Shown one piece after another: positions 8,913 through 16,018 of a stretch of 21,756 bases of DNA. The stretch comes from a virus. Taxonomy: Duplodnaviria > Heunggongvirae > Uroviricota > Caudoviricetes. The notes under the pieces are model-generated. The model was not told the DNA's origin and did not search any database. It saw only the letters and a program-made list of their open reading frames with translations. Location of the stretch: the IMG/VR virus record IMGVR_UViG_3300047994_000277, positions 64,001 through 85,756 of that record, one strand, 5' to 3'. The stretch's first letter is position 1. Each line of letters starts with the position of its first letter. The position numbers and the translations under genes were made by a program.

Positions 8913-9304
8913 AAGTGAAGGGCAATAACGGTTAAACCGCCAGCGGTGCCACCTGCCCACCACGTTTTGATATCTGTACGAGAAGTCCAGGTATCGAACA
9001 TGGTCTCCTTGGCCGTTCCTACCATTCCCATAGCTACGGCTCCGATCAGTGCAGCTTCCCAACTAGGCAGTTTTGCGTAATGGGTTAAGGCTTCACCGAT
9101 CACCAGGGCACCGCCGAACCCGACCAACAGATGGACGTCGTTATCGTAGTTAGACCAGCTGAAGTGATCTCCGTTGTAGTATCCCCAAGCGTTGTCCGGG
9201 GTAATCGGACATTGTGAATCACACGCCAGGGCTTTTACGGGACACGATGCCAGAGCTACCAGGATGAGCGTACCAACAATAAGGTGTTTTACAAAATTAA
9301 GCAT
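8909..9304 (-). CDS. YfiM/DUF2279-like membrane lipoprotein, 131 aa
   Basis: RBS AAGAGGT. Hydrophobic leader with lipobox LASC. Pattern H...G.AKE..D...S..D...W.AG...G matches my recollection of the YfiM family. Confidence 0.5.
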   Translation of the reverse strand: MLNFVKHLIVGTLILVALASCPVKALACDSQCPITPDNAWGYYNGDHFSWSNYDNDVHLLVGFGGALVIGEALTHYAKLPSWEAALIGAVAMGMVGTAKETMFDTWTSRTDIKTWWAGGTAGGLTVIALHF

Positions 9305-9324
9305 TTTTACCTCTTTTAGAAATA

Positions 9325-9353
9325 TTACACTTGCATGGGTAACGAATCAAGGG
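9325..9353 (-). promoter_or_regulatory. candidate sigma70-type promoter for the YfiM-like gene
   Basis: On - strand TTGATT-17 nt-TAATAT, about 20 nt upstream of the ATG at 9304. AT-rich intergenic region. Confidence 0.4.
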
Positions 9354-9388
9354 TATTTATGATATACACATTCAAATAGGAGATACTT

Positions 9389-9565
9389 ATGAACGATCAG
9401 GAAAAACAACTGTTAAATAATTTGGCTGGTTTGATTAGAAGTTCTAGGCTTACGGCTGATGAACATGAATATTTCATGAAGGGACTTCAAGGCCTTGTCG
9501 ATAAGCTCGAAGGCAAAGAAGCTCCTGCACTTGCCCCTGTCCCAGCTCCCGCTCAACCTCAATGA
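9389..9565 (+). CDS. small hypothetical protein, 58 aa, Pro/Ala-rich tail (not in ORF track)
   Basis: RBS AGGAGA then ATG at 9389. MNDQEKQLLNNLAGLIRSSRLTADEHEYFMKGLQGLVDKLEGKEAPALAPVPAPAQPQ, TGA at 9563-9565. Confidence 0.7.
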   Translation: MNDQEKQLLNNLAGLIRSSRLTADEHEYFMKGLQGLVDKLEGKEAPALAPVPAPAQPQ

Positions 9566-9669
9566 ATCGCAACTTTGCAGCTATCTGCTTAGGAATTTTA
9601 ATTGCCCTTATCTACCTCGATATTTATGTGGTAGTTAAGGGCATTTTTGATGCCCTAGGCGTTAAGTAG
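9562..9669 (+). CDS. 35-aa single-pass membrane peptide (not in ORF track)
   Basis: ATGA overlap with the upstream stop. MNRNFAAICLGILIALIYLDIYVVVKGIFDALGVK, TAG at 9667-9669. Confidence 0.55.
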   Translation: MNRNFAAICLGILIALIYLDIYVVVKGIFDALGVK

Positions 9670-9931
9670 CTTTTAATTCTTTGATTTCAATTTCCAGCTG
9701 ATCCACGGTTTGCCGTAGATTGGCTGTTTCTATTTTGTGCTTACGTTCCAGCTCTCGGTACTTGTCGCGCCACGTTTCAGCGATACCGTAAATTTCTTCT
9801 AGCTCTTCATTGTGAGCCTTAACCACGGCCTCTAAGTGCTTTGGATCAGGAATGACGGCCAAGATCTCGCCTGGCTCTCCCTGAACTTCCCTCTTTAGTT
9901 CTGGAAAGTCCCTGTCTTTGTACCAGCTCAT
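9662..9931 (-). CDS. hypothetical coiled-coil protein, 89 aa
   Basis: ATGA-coupled to the aminotransferase gene; charged heptad-like C-terminus. Confidence 0.7.
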   Translation of the reverse strand: MSWYKDRDFPELKREVQGEPGEILAVIPDPKHLEAVVKAHNEELEEIYGIAETWRDKYRELERKHKIETANLRQTVDQLEIEIKELKAT

Positions 9932-10911
9932 ATCTTGTCCGCCTTCAACACGGCTTTGACCGCTTCTCTAACCAGCTTACAGTCCTGACCTAGGTTGATC
10001 CTTACAAAGGTATCGTCCACACCCAAGCTACTGCCTGTGGTCCAAACCACACTTGCCTTGGTTAGCAATTCTTGACATTTTTTATCAGCGTGCGAGAAGT
10101 AAAACATCCCATTTATCACTACTGGTGTGTCGTCGAAATACTTTTCAAGCTTCGACCATTCGGTTCGATTGTTATCCAAGTATGTGCGAGCCTTATTCTC
10201 GAAATTTTCCCAAAAGTACTTACTGCGTCCATTTCTCAAAACGTTGAGCAGAACGGCATTGGAAGCACTGCTGAGACCGCAGTATTCAGCCGTGACAAGG
10301 CTTTTAAGTCGCTCGGCCAGTAAGTCGTCGTTGGTAGCAACCCAGCCCGTCCTGATGCCGTTTAGGCCCAATAGCTTGGAATACGATCCTATAACTGCTT
10401 CAGCTTTTATCGGTTGCTCATTGCCGTTCGTGTACACCCTGCTGTGGTAGACTGCATCCCAAATGATAACCCTGCCTGGATACGCATATGGCTCTATTTC
10501 GCCAGTAGGATTGGCTGGAGAATCAACTAAGAATACAGGGCGCAAGCAGTCCGTGTAGGGAATTCCATATACGTGCTTTAGCCCGGCAGAGCCGATCATA
10601 GCTGGGTAGATGGGGAAATAAGGTGCCGGTCTGGTATAGGCCGTTTTGTATCCTTGTTGGGCGTAAGCACGTAGCGCGATCGTGACGCCGCCAGCGGCCC
10701 CATTCGTTAGAAAGATGTGCTTGTAAGTTGGTCCGACTTGGCGCTCTATCACCCTTCTGGTGATGTCGATCAGGAGTGGATCCCCATCATGAGGAGTGTA
10801 GTTCAGGTTTGTATCGTTTAAAGGAAATAGAATAATCCTGTTATCCAAGCCTTCTAAAAAAGCCTGTCTGACACAAACGGCATTTCCCCAGCCCAGATTA
10901 AACTCTTTCAT
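9928..10911 (-). CDS. PLP-dependent fold-type I enzyme (aminotransferase class I/II family), 327 aa
   Basis: Motifs FLTNGAAGG, PAPYFPIY, DSPANPTG, IWDAVYH, GSYSKLLGLNGIRTGW (Schiff-base Lys codon at 10375-10377) and FVRINL. Confidence 0.88.
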   Translation of the reverse strand: MKEFNLGWGNAVCVRQAFLEGLDNRIILFPLNDTNLNYTPHDGDPLLIDITRRVIERQVGPTYKHIFLTNGAAGGVTIALRAYAQQGYKTAYTRPAPYFPIYPAMIGSAGLKHVYGIPYTDCLRPVFLVDSPANPTGEIEPYAYPGRVIIWDAVYHSRVYTNGNEQPIKAEAVIGSYSKLLGLNGIRTGWVATNDDLLAERLKSLVTAEYCGLSSASNAVLLNVLRNGRSKYFWENFENKARTYLDNNRTEWSKLEKYFDDTPVVINGMFYFSHADKKCQELLTKASVVWTTGSSLGVDDTFVRINLGQDCKLVREAVKAVLKADKI

Positions 10912-11261
10912 TGGGTGTTTACCCCGGATTGAAGTGCGGCCACTAGCTCTCCAGGTGACTTTTCCTGCTCTTTAATCAGGGCCAGAAGTTGTTCTTTCTT
11001 CTTACCTTTGCGCATCTTTTTGGCAAAGTCGTAGAGCGCCTTCAAGGTATGCGCGTAGGTATTGCAGACCATTCGTCCCTGAGGACTTAAGTTGTTTAGG
11101 CCCAAGGTATAGGTGGCGTGATTGTTGATCCTGGCCGATACCGCATAGATGTCGTAAGGATCTGGTTTAGGCTCGGCTTCCTTTTTAGGCGGTTTTTCGC
11201 CAAATAAGGCAGCTATCTCTGAAGCGCTCATTTCATCTTCTTCATCTCTAACCATCGTCAT
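10908..11261 (-). CDS. hypothetical protein, ~117 aa (start uncertain: 11261, 11255 or 11231)
   Basis: Fills the operon gap and is ATGA-coupled to the downstream gene. The 11279 start in the track overlaps the neighbouring gene by 32 nt. Confidence 0.65.
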   Translation of the reverse strand: MTMVRDEEDEMSASEIAALFGEKPPKKEAEPKPDPYDIYAVSARINNHATYTLGLNNLSPQGRMVCNTYAHTLKALYDFAKKMRKGKKKEQLLALIKEQEKSPGELVAALQSGVNTQ

Positions 11262-11484
11262 TTTTAGACTCTTTATCACTCATGTAATGATCGTACATGC
11301 TAACCGGCGAATGTCCGCAAGTTAGTGGTGAAGCATGGCCTTCCATACTATCACCGCAGCAGCAGACGTCATCGGGAACATCATCCTTTAACCGACAATC
11401 ATCGCATCTCTGGTCTTTTACATTGCCAGAAAACCAAAGAAAGGGCTCTTGACATTGCGGGCAGTTGATCTTGTAGAGGCCCAT
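11248..11484 (-). CDS. Cys-rich putative zinc-ribbon protein, 78 aa
   Basis: CPQC...CDDC followed by CCC...H...CGH. Directly abuts the upstream stop (TAAATG). Confidence 0.7.
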   Translation of the reverse strand: MGLYKINCPQCQEPFLWFSGNVKDQRCDDCRLKDDVPDDVCCCGDSMEGHASPLTCGHSPVSMYDHYMSDKESKNDDG

Positions 11485-11658
11485 TTATTCGTCTCTCGCT
11501 TCCAATTCGGCGCAGGCATGACAGTGTTCACCAGGAGGCTCCCAGCCATGAAGAGCGGTACAAAAATAATGGCAAATCACGGCAACCAACGCGACGACCG
11601 CAACCATAGCGAAAATGATCGTGCCGGGATTTTGAGACATGAATTGATAGGCATCCAT
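11485..11658 (-). CDS. 57-aa membrane protein with His/Cys-rich tail (not in ORF track)
   Basis: MDAYQFMSQNPGTIIFAMVAVVALVAVICHYFCTALHGWEPPGEHCHACAELEARDE. Begins 1 nt after the upstream TAA and its TAA abuts the next ATG, filling the gap exactly. Confidence 0.75.
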   Translation of the reverse strand: MDAYQFMSQNPGTIIFAMVAVVALVAVICHYFCTALHGWEPPGEHCHACAELEARDE

Positions 11659-11659
11659 C

Positions 11660-12235
11660 TTACACCTGCCTGATCAGCGGTTTCTCTTCTTTACTCAACG
11701 CTTCATTGATGAGCGCTCGAAACTTCATCGGGATACCGGACTTATGGCACTTATCGCCAGCGTAGACCTGTCCTAAGAGGGTCATATCGTTACACTGCTT
11801 AGTATAGTAATCGAGCTTATGCCTCAAATTTCCCTCTCCCTCAATGGTTTCACCCTGATGTGTGGTAGGAGCCCGACCGTGTTCTTTGATAAAGTCTAAA
11901 ATTTGCTGTTTAAAGCCCGCAACATTGTGCTTACGTTTATTGTTCGTGGTACGACCAGTAGCCATTGCGATGCGACGCAATTGCGGATCGTAGCTAGGAG
12001 TTTCCTTTGAACAGAAGTTCTCGAAACTTTGACCAAGCTTACGCTCTGTAACATTTTTAGACAAGCGACTGGGCCAACGACCGTGTTTCTGGAAAAAATC
12101 CAAGACTTTATTCCTGGTCTTATTCCCCCTAATGATGGCTAAATTTCCACCAGATGCGCGAGCCCTAAGAAGAGTGCGATATTTGGAAATAATCCTATTG
12201 ATTTTTCTAGTAGTTTTGACAAGTTTTACGCTCAT
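11660..12235 (-). CDS. protein with two helicase-associated (HA)-like repeats, 191 aa
   Basis: VLDFFQKHGRWPS...ERKLGQ and ILDFIKEHGRAPT...EGNLRH match the F..HG..P......E..LG pattern of HA repeats. Very basic N-terminus. Confidence 0.6.
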   Translation of the reverse strand: MSVKLVKTTRKINRIISKYRTLLRARASGGNLAIIRGNKTRNKVLDFFQKHGRWPSRLSKNVTERKLGQSFENFCSKETPSYDPQLRRIAMATGRTTNNKRKHNVAGFKQQILDFIKEHGRAPTTHQGETIEGEGNLRHKLDYYTKQCNDMTLLGQVYAGDKCHKSGIPMKFRALINEALSKEEKPLIRQV

Positions 12236-12882
12236 AGATCCCTCTTATACATTGCAAAAAGGCTCTTTCTAAGGCGTTTTTGCGGGTTAAGGCCAAGGCT
12301 TTCGAATGCCTTTTCGTACTTAGTAATCACTGCCCAAGCTTGTTCTTCAGTGGTGAATTTCATGTTCTCTTCGTTAACTTCGATCTCGACAAACGAATCC
12401 GCCTTTTTTGGCTTCCCGCCCGTGGTGTCGTAGACAGTGTAAAATACCAAAGTGGCATCAGGAAGGATATAAATGTGGCAGTTTTTGACGATGCTAAAAT
12501 TGAACCTGGAACCAGAACACTGAAGTTGTTTGATAACAGACGACTCTTCAGTTTTATCCTTAATGTCCCAATTATTCTCGATACGCTGGATGTTGTTTTT
12601 CGCTTCTTTTGGCTTGTACTTCCACGTAACCTGCCTGTTACCGTTATCGAGCCCGTAAGAGGGTTTTCTAAAACGAATAAAGGTTCCACTTTCGTCCCAT
12701 TGCGGGTTATTGTCAAACCACCATTTCGGATAAGTCCAATAATAGTCTGGCCCTTCGACATAGATGAACTTCTTCTCTCCAGCCGCACTGTCCATAATCT
12801 GCTTAAACTCGATAAGCAGGTGGTCTTCGACTCGGTATTTGGTTTCAAATTCGATATGTTCTAGCTTTTTCTCTTCACTCAT
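12232..12882 (-). CDS. CYTH-superfamily triphosphate tunnel metalloenzyme (CyaB/thiamine-triphosphatase-like), 216 aa
   Basis: N-terminal ExExK (EFETKYRV), DYYW, FIRFR, VTWKYK, FVEIEV and C-terminal LGL....RKSLFAMY. Confidence 0.82.
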   Translation of the reverse strand: MSEEKKLEHIEFETKYRVEDHLLIEFKQIMDSAAGEKKFIYVEGPDYYWTYPKWWFDNNPQWDESGTFIRFRKPSYGLDNGNRQVTWKYKPKEAKNNIQRIENNWDIKDKTEESSVIKQLQCSGSRFNFSIVKNCHIYILPDATLVFYTVYDTTGGKPKKADSFVEIEVNEENMKFTTEEQAWAVITKYEKAFESLGLNPQKRLRKSLFAMYKRDL

Positions 12883-13400
12883 GCATTTGTCCTTTTCAGA
12901 ACGTCTTGGACCTCTTTGATCCTAGACATTTTATAGGTCTGAAACCTCATACTGAAGGTCATTCCTGCACCATGCACATGGGTTAGTTTCTCAAAACTTA
13001 CACCATTTTTGAGTTCCGCGTCAAAGTATTTTTTGATCTCTCCGTCTTCTTTATCGATAAAATCCTTATAAATCTTAGTTTCGATTTCATTGATCTTGAT
13101 GTTATCTTCCATACGATCAATGGATTCGTGAGTAGCCATCTGATTTAGCGAAGGAATGAAGCCGCATGCCCTGCAGACTTGGATGGTATCCGACCCTTGG
13201 ATGGTATCCGACCCTTGGTCGGTGTATGTTTTAGGGGAAATCCAGCTGTGAGGACCCTTACACATACGGCGAGGATCCAAGTCGAGTGGGGTAATTTCCT
13301 TAAGCAGCTTTCTGTTTTGAAAATACTTAATGAGCCCGGCAATCCAAATGGGTCCTTCGAGTCCTACGGCAATTCCAAGTAATAAAGTCCAGATAGACAT
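12879..13400 (-). CDS. hypothetical protein with N-terminal membrane anchor and C-H-CxxC cluster, 173 aa
   Basis: Hydrophobic residues 1-25, then MCKGPHSW...VCRACG. ATGA-coupled to the downstream gene. Confidence 0.7.
   Translation of the reverse strand: MSIWTLLLGIAVGLEGPIWIAGLIKYFQNRKLLKEITPLDLDPRRMCKGPHSWISPKTYTDQGSDTIQGSDTIQVCRACGFIPSLNQMATHESIDRMEDNIKINEIETKIYKDFIDKEDGEIKKYFDAELKNGVSFEKLTHVHGAGMTFSMRFQTYKMSRIKEVQDVLKRTNA
13179..13218. repeat. perfect 18-bp tandem duplication (2.2 copies), in frame (QGSDTI x2)
   Basis: TTGGATGGTATCCGACCC at 13179-13196 and 13197-13214, then TTGG. Confidence 0.95.
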
Positions 13401-13401
13401 G

Positions 13402-14124
13402 TTAACCTCGACCCACTTCCTCTTGGGTATACTCGGTCAAGTTTGCCCAATTGTAATCGAATACCTTGTCGGCGAACCCAAGCTCAACAGCCTGCTCGGC
13501 AGTAAGATACACGTCTTCTTTTTTATCCATCTGCTCTCTCAGCCACTCTTCGATAAACTTTCTACTACGACTTGAGAACTTGCCATTGGCCTTCATGGCA
13601 TCGACGTAGATTTTCATCATATGTTTGTCGGCAATTTTACCAAATTCCACAGCCGTATTGACCTGCTTTACCGTTCCATCCACAGCCAAAGTGCCATCGT
13701 GGAACATGAAGGTAGAATGGGGCATCATGACTCGCTTATTAGCAGCTTGGAAGATCAGCGAACTCATCGAGCGTGCGTGAGTATAAGACAGGATGGTCAC
13801 TGGGAAAGGGCAGGCCTTGATGGCGTCGTATATCGCCATTCCCTCAGTCCAATCGCCACCACAGGTCTTCATGTGGATCACAATCGGCGTATCCGGGTTA
13901 ACCCGCATACACAGGTTAATATTCCTAATGAACCTATTTGCCATAACGTACTCGACGCCAGGCTCTTCGCCGCCATCAGAGCCCTGGCCGCCTTGATAGG
14001 CCTCGATGCCGAAGAGGTAAATATGGTTCGACTGGAGATCTACGTCGTACTCATGGAGATGCCAAAGAGGATCTTCGGATTTGGCCTTGAGCTTATGGTC
14101 AATTTTATGATCGGCATTTTCCAT
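13402..14124 (-). CDS. clpP: ClpP-family serine protease, 240 aa
   Basis: GGDWTEGMAIYDAIK, ARSMSSLIFQA (catalytic Ser codon 13768-13770), RVMMPHSTFMFHDG (His), KEDVYLTAEQAVELGFADKV (Asp region). Confidence 0.88.
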   Translation of the reverse strand: MENADHKIDHKLKAKSEDPLWHLHEYDVDLQSNHIYLFGIEAYQGGQGSDGGEEPGVEYVMANRFIRNINLCMRVNPDTPIVIHMKTCGGDWTEGMAIYDAIKACPFPVTILSYTHARSMSSLIFQAANKRVMMPHSTFMFHDGTLAVDGTVKQVNTAVEFGKIADKHMMKIYVDAMKANGKFSSRSRKFIEEWLREQMDKKEDVYLTAEQAVELGFADKVFDYNWANLTEYTQEEVGRG

Positions 14125-14126
14125 CT

Positions 14127-14342
14127 TTACACCGTTTCTCTAGTATGGGCCAAAATAATGGGAGTGTCGGATAATCTAGAAAGCCCCTCTAGAGCATCTT
14201 CTAAATGTCTATAGGAAGTGTGCCATTTCGTCATGACAGCTCCTTCTATGATTGCGCATTCTTTAATGATGTAGGGTGACGCTGGATTTCTCGCATCAAA
14301 GGTAAGTACGAATTTAGGAGTGTCATTTGCGTTCGTAAACAT
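14127..14342 (-). CDS. hypothetical protein, 71 aa
   Basis: ATG at 14342. Fills the gap between primase and clpP, overlapping the primase end by 20 nt. Confidence 0.55.
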   Translation of the reverse strand: MFTNANDTPKFVLTFDARNPASPYIIKECAIIEGAVMTKWHTSYRHLEDALEGLSRLSDTPIILAHTRETV

Positions 14343-15213
14343 ATTTAAACCCACTATGGATTGCGGTTCGCCACTCTCGTTCCTTAAAATCCCTTTCAGG
14401 CATAAAAAACTCAGATAGTGTATCTATGGTATCATCCTCTGAATATCCTGCCAAGGCAAATTCGCAAGCGATAGCAAACCACGTCTTATTGCGGCCCTTG
14501 GAGAAATCTATGCCGCTTACTAGCTGATTTCTAACCCATTTTTTGACCCCATCGAATTGGCGCTTACCCGATCTCTGTCTTCTTTCCTGCTTTTTAGGTT
14601 TACTCTCAGGAAACTTATTAAGCCAACTAACGAGATCAACGAGTTTAACCGGGCCGGTGATTTCTACCAGCCGTTGCTTTTTGGAGGGTTCGCGCCACGC
14701 GCCGGGGATGCGGATACTTCGGGAAGGATTTTGAGTATTTTGGTCTGCCATACTCATGACGCCCAAAATCCATTGGGAGAAGTGTCGGTACACGTTCTCG
14801 GAAGGAAGATCTTGGTCTAGGCTGATGAGAAAGTGAAGACTTTTATTGCCTGAGAAAACGCAAGCACTGTACGGCATGCCTACCTTTTTTATGTAAGCCA
14901 GCTGCTCTTTTAACGGTCCGAAGTCCACTTCGACCAAAAAGTTCCTAAAAGCCGTACAATTCAAATCGTGCCTAAATCCCTTAATGGGGTTAAGCGCGGC
15001 AAGTACGAGTTGAGAGGAATCGACGCGCTCTATGCCCTCTTCGAGGGTGAGCTTACGTTTTTCAAGACTTTCTTCGGTGGGAACTAGCGTGACTCTGCCG
15101 TTCAGAGCCCTTTCGAGCGCGATGCTGTGATAGCCAAACTTATTGTGGCTAACGCATACCGTTTCGCCGGGGCGAAACATCAAGCTGAATAGTTTTTTGC
15201 CTGTTTCGTCCAT
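14323..15213 (-). CDS. AEP-superfamily primase (RepB-like catalytic domain plus PriCT-like C-terminus), 296 aa
   Basis: FLVEVD (DxD-like), VFSGNKSLHFLI (SGxKxxH), QNPSRSIRIPG, and C-terminal GRNKTWFAIACEFALAG. Confidence 0.8.
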   Translation of the reverse strand: MDETGKKLFSLMFRPGETVCVSHNKFGYHSIALERALNGRVTLVPTEESLEKRKLTLEEGIERVDSSQLVLAALNPIKGFRHDLNCTAFRNFLVEVDFGPLKEQLAYIKKVGMPYSACVFSGNKSLHFLISLDQDLPSENVYRHFSQWILGVMSMADQNTQNPSRSIRIPGAWREPSKKQRLVEITGPVKLVDLVSWLNKFPESKPKKQERRQRSGKRQFDGVKKWVRNQLVSGIDFSKGRNKTWFAIACEFALAGYSEDDTIDTLSEFFMPERDFKEREWRTAIHSGFKYVYERK

Positions 15214-15216
15214 GCA

Positions 15217-15606
15217 TTAGATAGCCGTTCCAGATGCTTCCCTGAGAGCTTGATCGGTAGCCTTGGACTGAGCTTCCTTCGCTTTAAGTTCATCTTGCTG
15301 ACGTTTGATTTCAGCACGGATGAAGTCGAGCTGCTTTTTGCGCTCAACCATGTATTCGCGAATACTTTCAGTAGTATATCGCTCATTAGTATACTGAAGG
15401 GCACCATCTGCGCGCTTCACGGCAACATCAATTTCTTGTTCGGTAGGAGCCTCGCCTTCTTTTTCAGCGGGAACCATCTCTTTCTTCTTTTCCGTAATGA
15501 GCTTTTGGTAGCCCTTTCCGACAAGCTTCTGCCAACGGCTGGAAGCGCCGAAAACGTCTTTGGAAAGCTGGTTCATTTCGTCTCTTTGTCTTTTGCTAAG
15601 TTCCAT
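15217..15606 (-). CDS. hypothetical charged helical protein, 129 aa
   Basis: Start reassigned to the ATG at 15606, which has an AAGGAG RBS (MELSKRQRDE...). The track's 15786 start lies deep inside the upstream gene. Confidence 0.7.
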   Translation of the reverse strand: MELSKRQRDEMNQLSKDVFGASSRWQKLVGKGYQKLITEKKKEMVPAEKEGEAPTEQEIDVAVKRADGALQYTNERYTTESIREYMVERKKQLDFIRAEIKRQQDELKAKEAQSKATDQALREASGTAI

Positions 15607-16018
15607 TTGCAGACTCCTTTTTACCACAATTGCAATTACTACAATAGCTGACCGGATCAGCACAGTCAACTGGTTTTCCAACAGCCTCACTAACGATGGA
15701 CAAGTTGATATCGTCAGAAGTACCCATGGCGAAGACAAATACCTTATTAGCGGGGAAAACGTACTGAAGCTGTTTACGGAGTCCATCGACGCTTTCCTGA
15801 GAAAGATCGTCGTTTTTCACCGTTACCATAAGGACATCGCCTGGTTGAAGGTTTACGCGAGAAACCTCAACCACGTCAAAGCCGAATTGCATGGCTGGCG
15901 CTGGCGCGGGTTCGTCCGGCCCTTGCGTGGCATCGTGTTTAGCTTTGATAACGGCCATGGCATCGTCAAACTGCTTACTGGATGCGGCCATCAATGCATC
16001 GAATTTATCTCTATCCAT
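15596..16018 (-). CDS. hypothetical protein with C-terminal Cys cluster, 140 aa
   Basis: Coupled to both neighbours; ends CADPVSYCSNCNCGKKE. Confidence 0.7.
   Translation of the reverse strand: MDRDKFDALMAASSKQFDDAMAVIKAKHDATQGPDEPAPAPAMQFGFDVVEVSRVNLQPGDVLMVTVKNDDLSQESVDGLRKQLQYVFPANKVFVFAMGTSDDINLSIVSEAVGKPVDCADPVSYCSNCNCGKKESANGT

Noticed and set aside
9331-9359. TTGCAT-17-TATTTA as a + strand sigma70 promoter
   Set aside because: The -10 match is weak, and the better TATGAT lies 21 nt from the -35. Kept only as part of the TRTGATATA motif finding.
11449-11673. Track ORF labelled '-' (MTLRAVDLVEAH...)
   Set aside because: That translation actually reads on the + strand (TTG at 11449, TGA at 11671-11673), so the label is wrong. 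It is antisense to the real 57-aa gene at 11485-11658.
14246-14326. 26-aa ORF ATGA-coupled to the primase stop (MTLLNSYLPLMREIQRHPTSLKNAQS)
   Set aside because: It would leave a 120-nt gap before clpP. The 71-aa frame fills the space and ends 2 nt from the clpP start.
15607-15786. N-terminal 60 aa of the 189-aa track ORF
   Set aside because: Overlaps the 140-aa gene on the same strand. ATG 15606 has a clear AAGGAG RBS.
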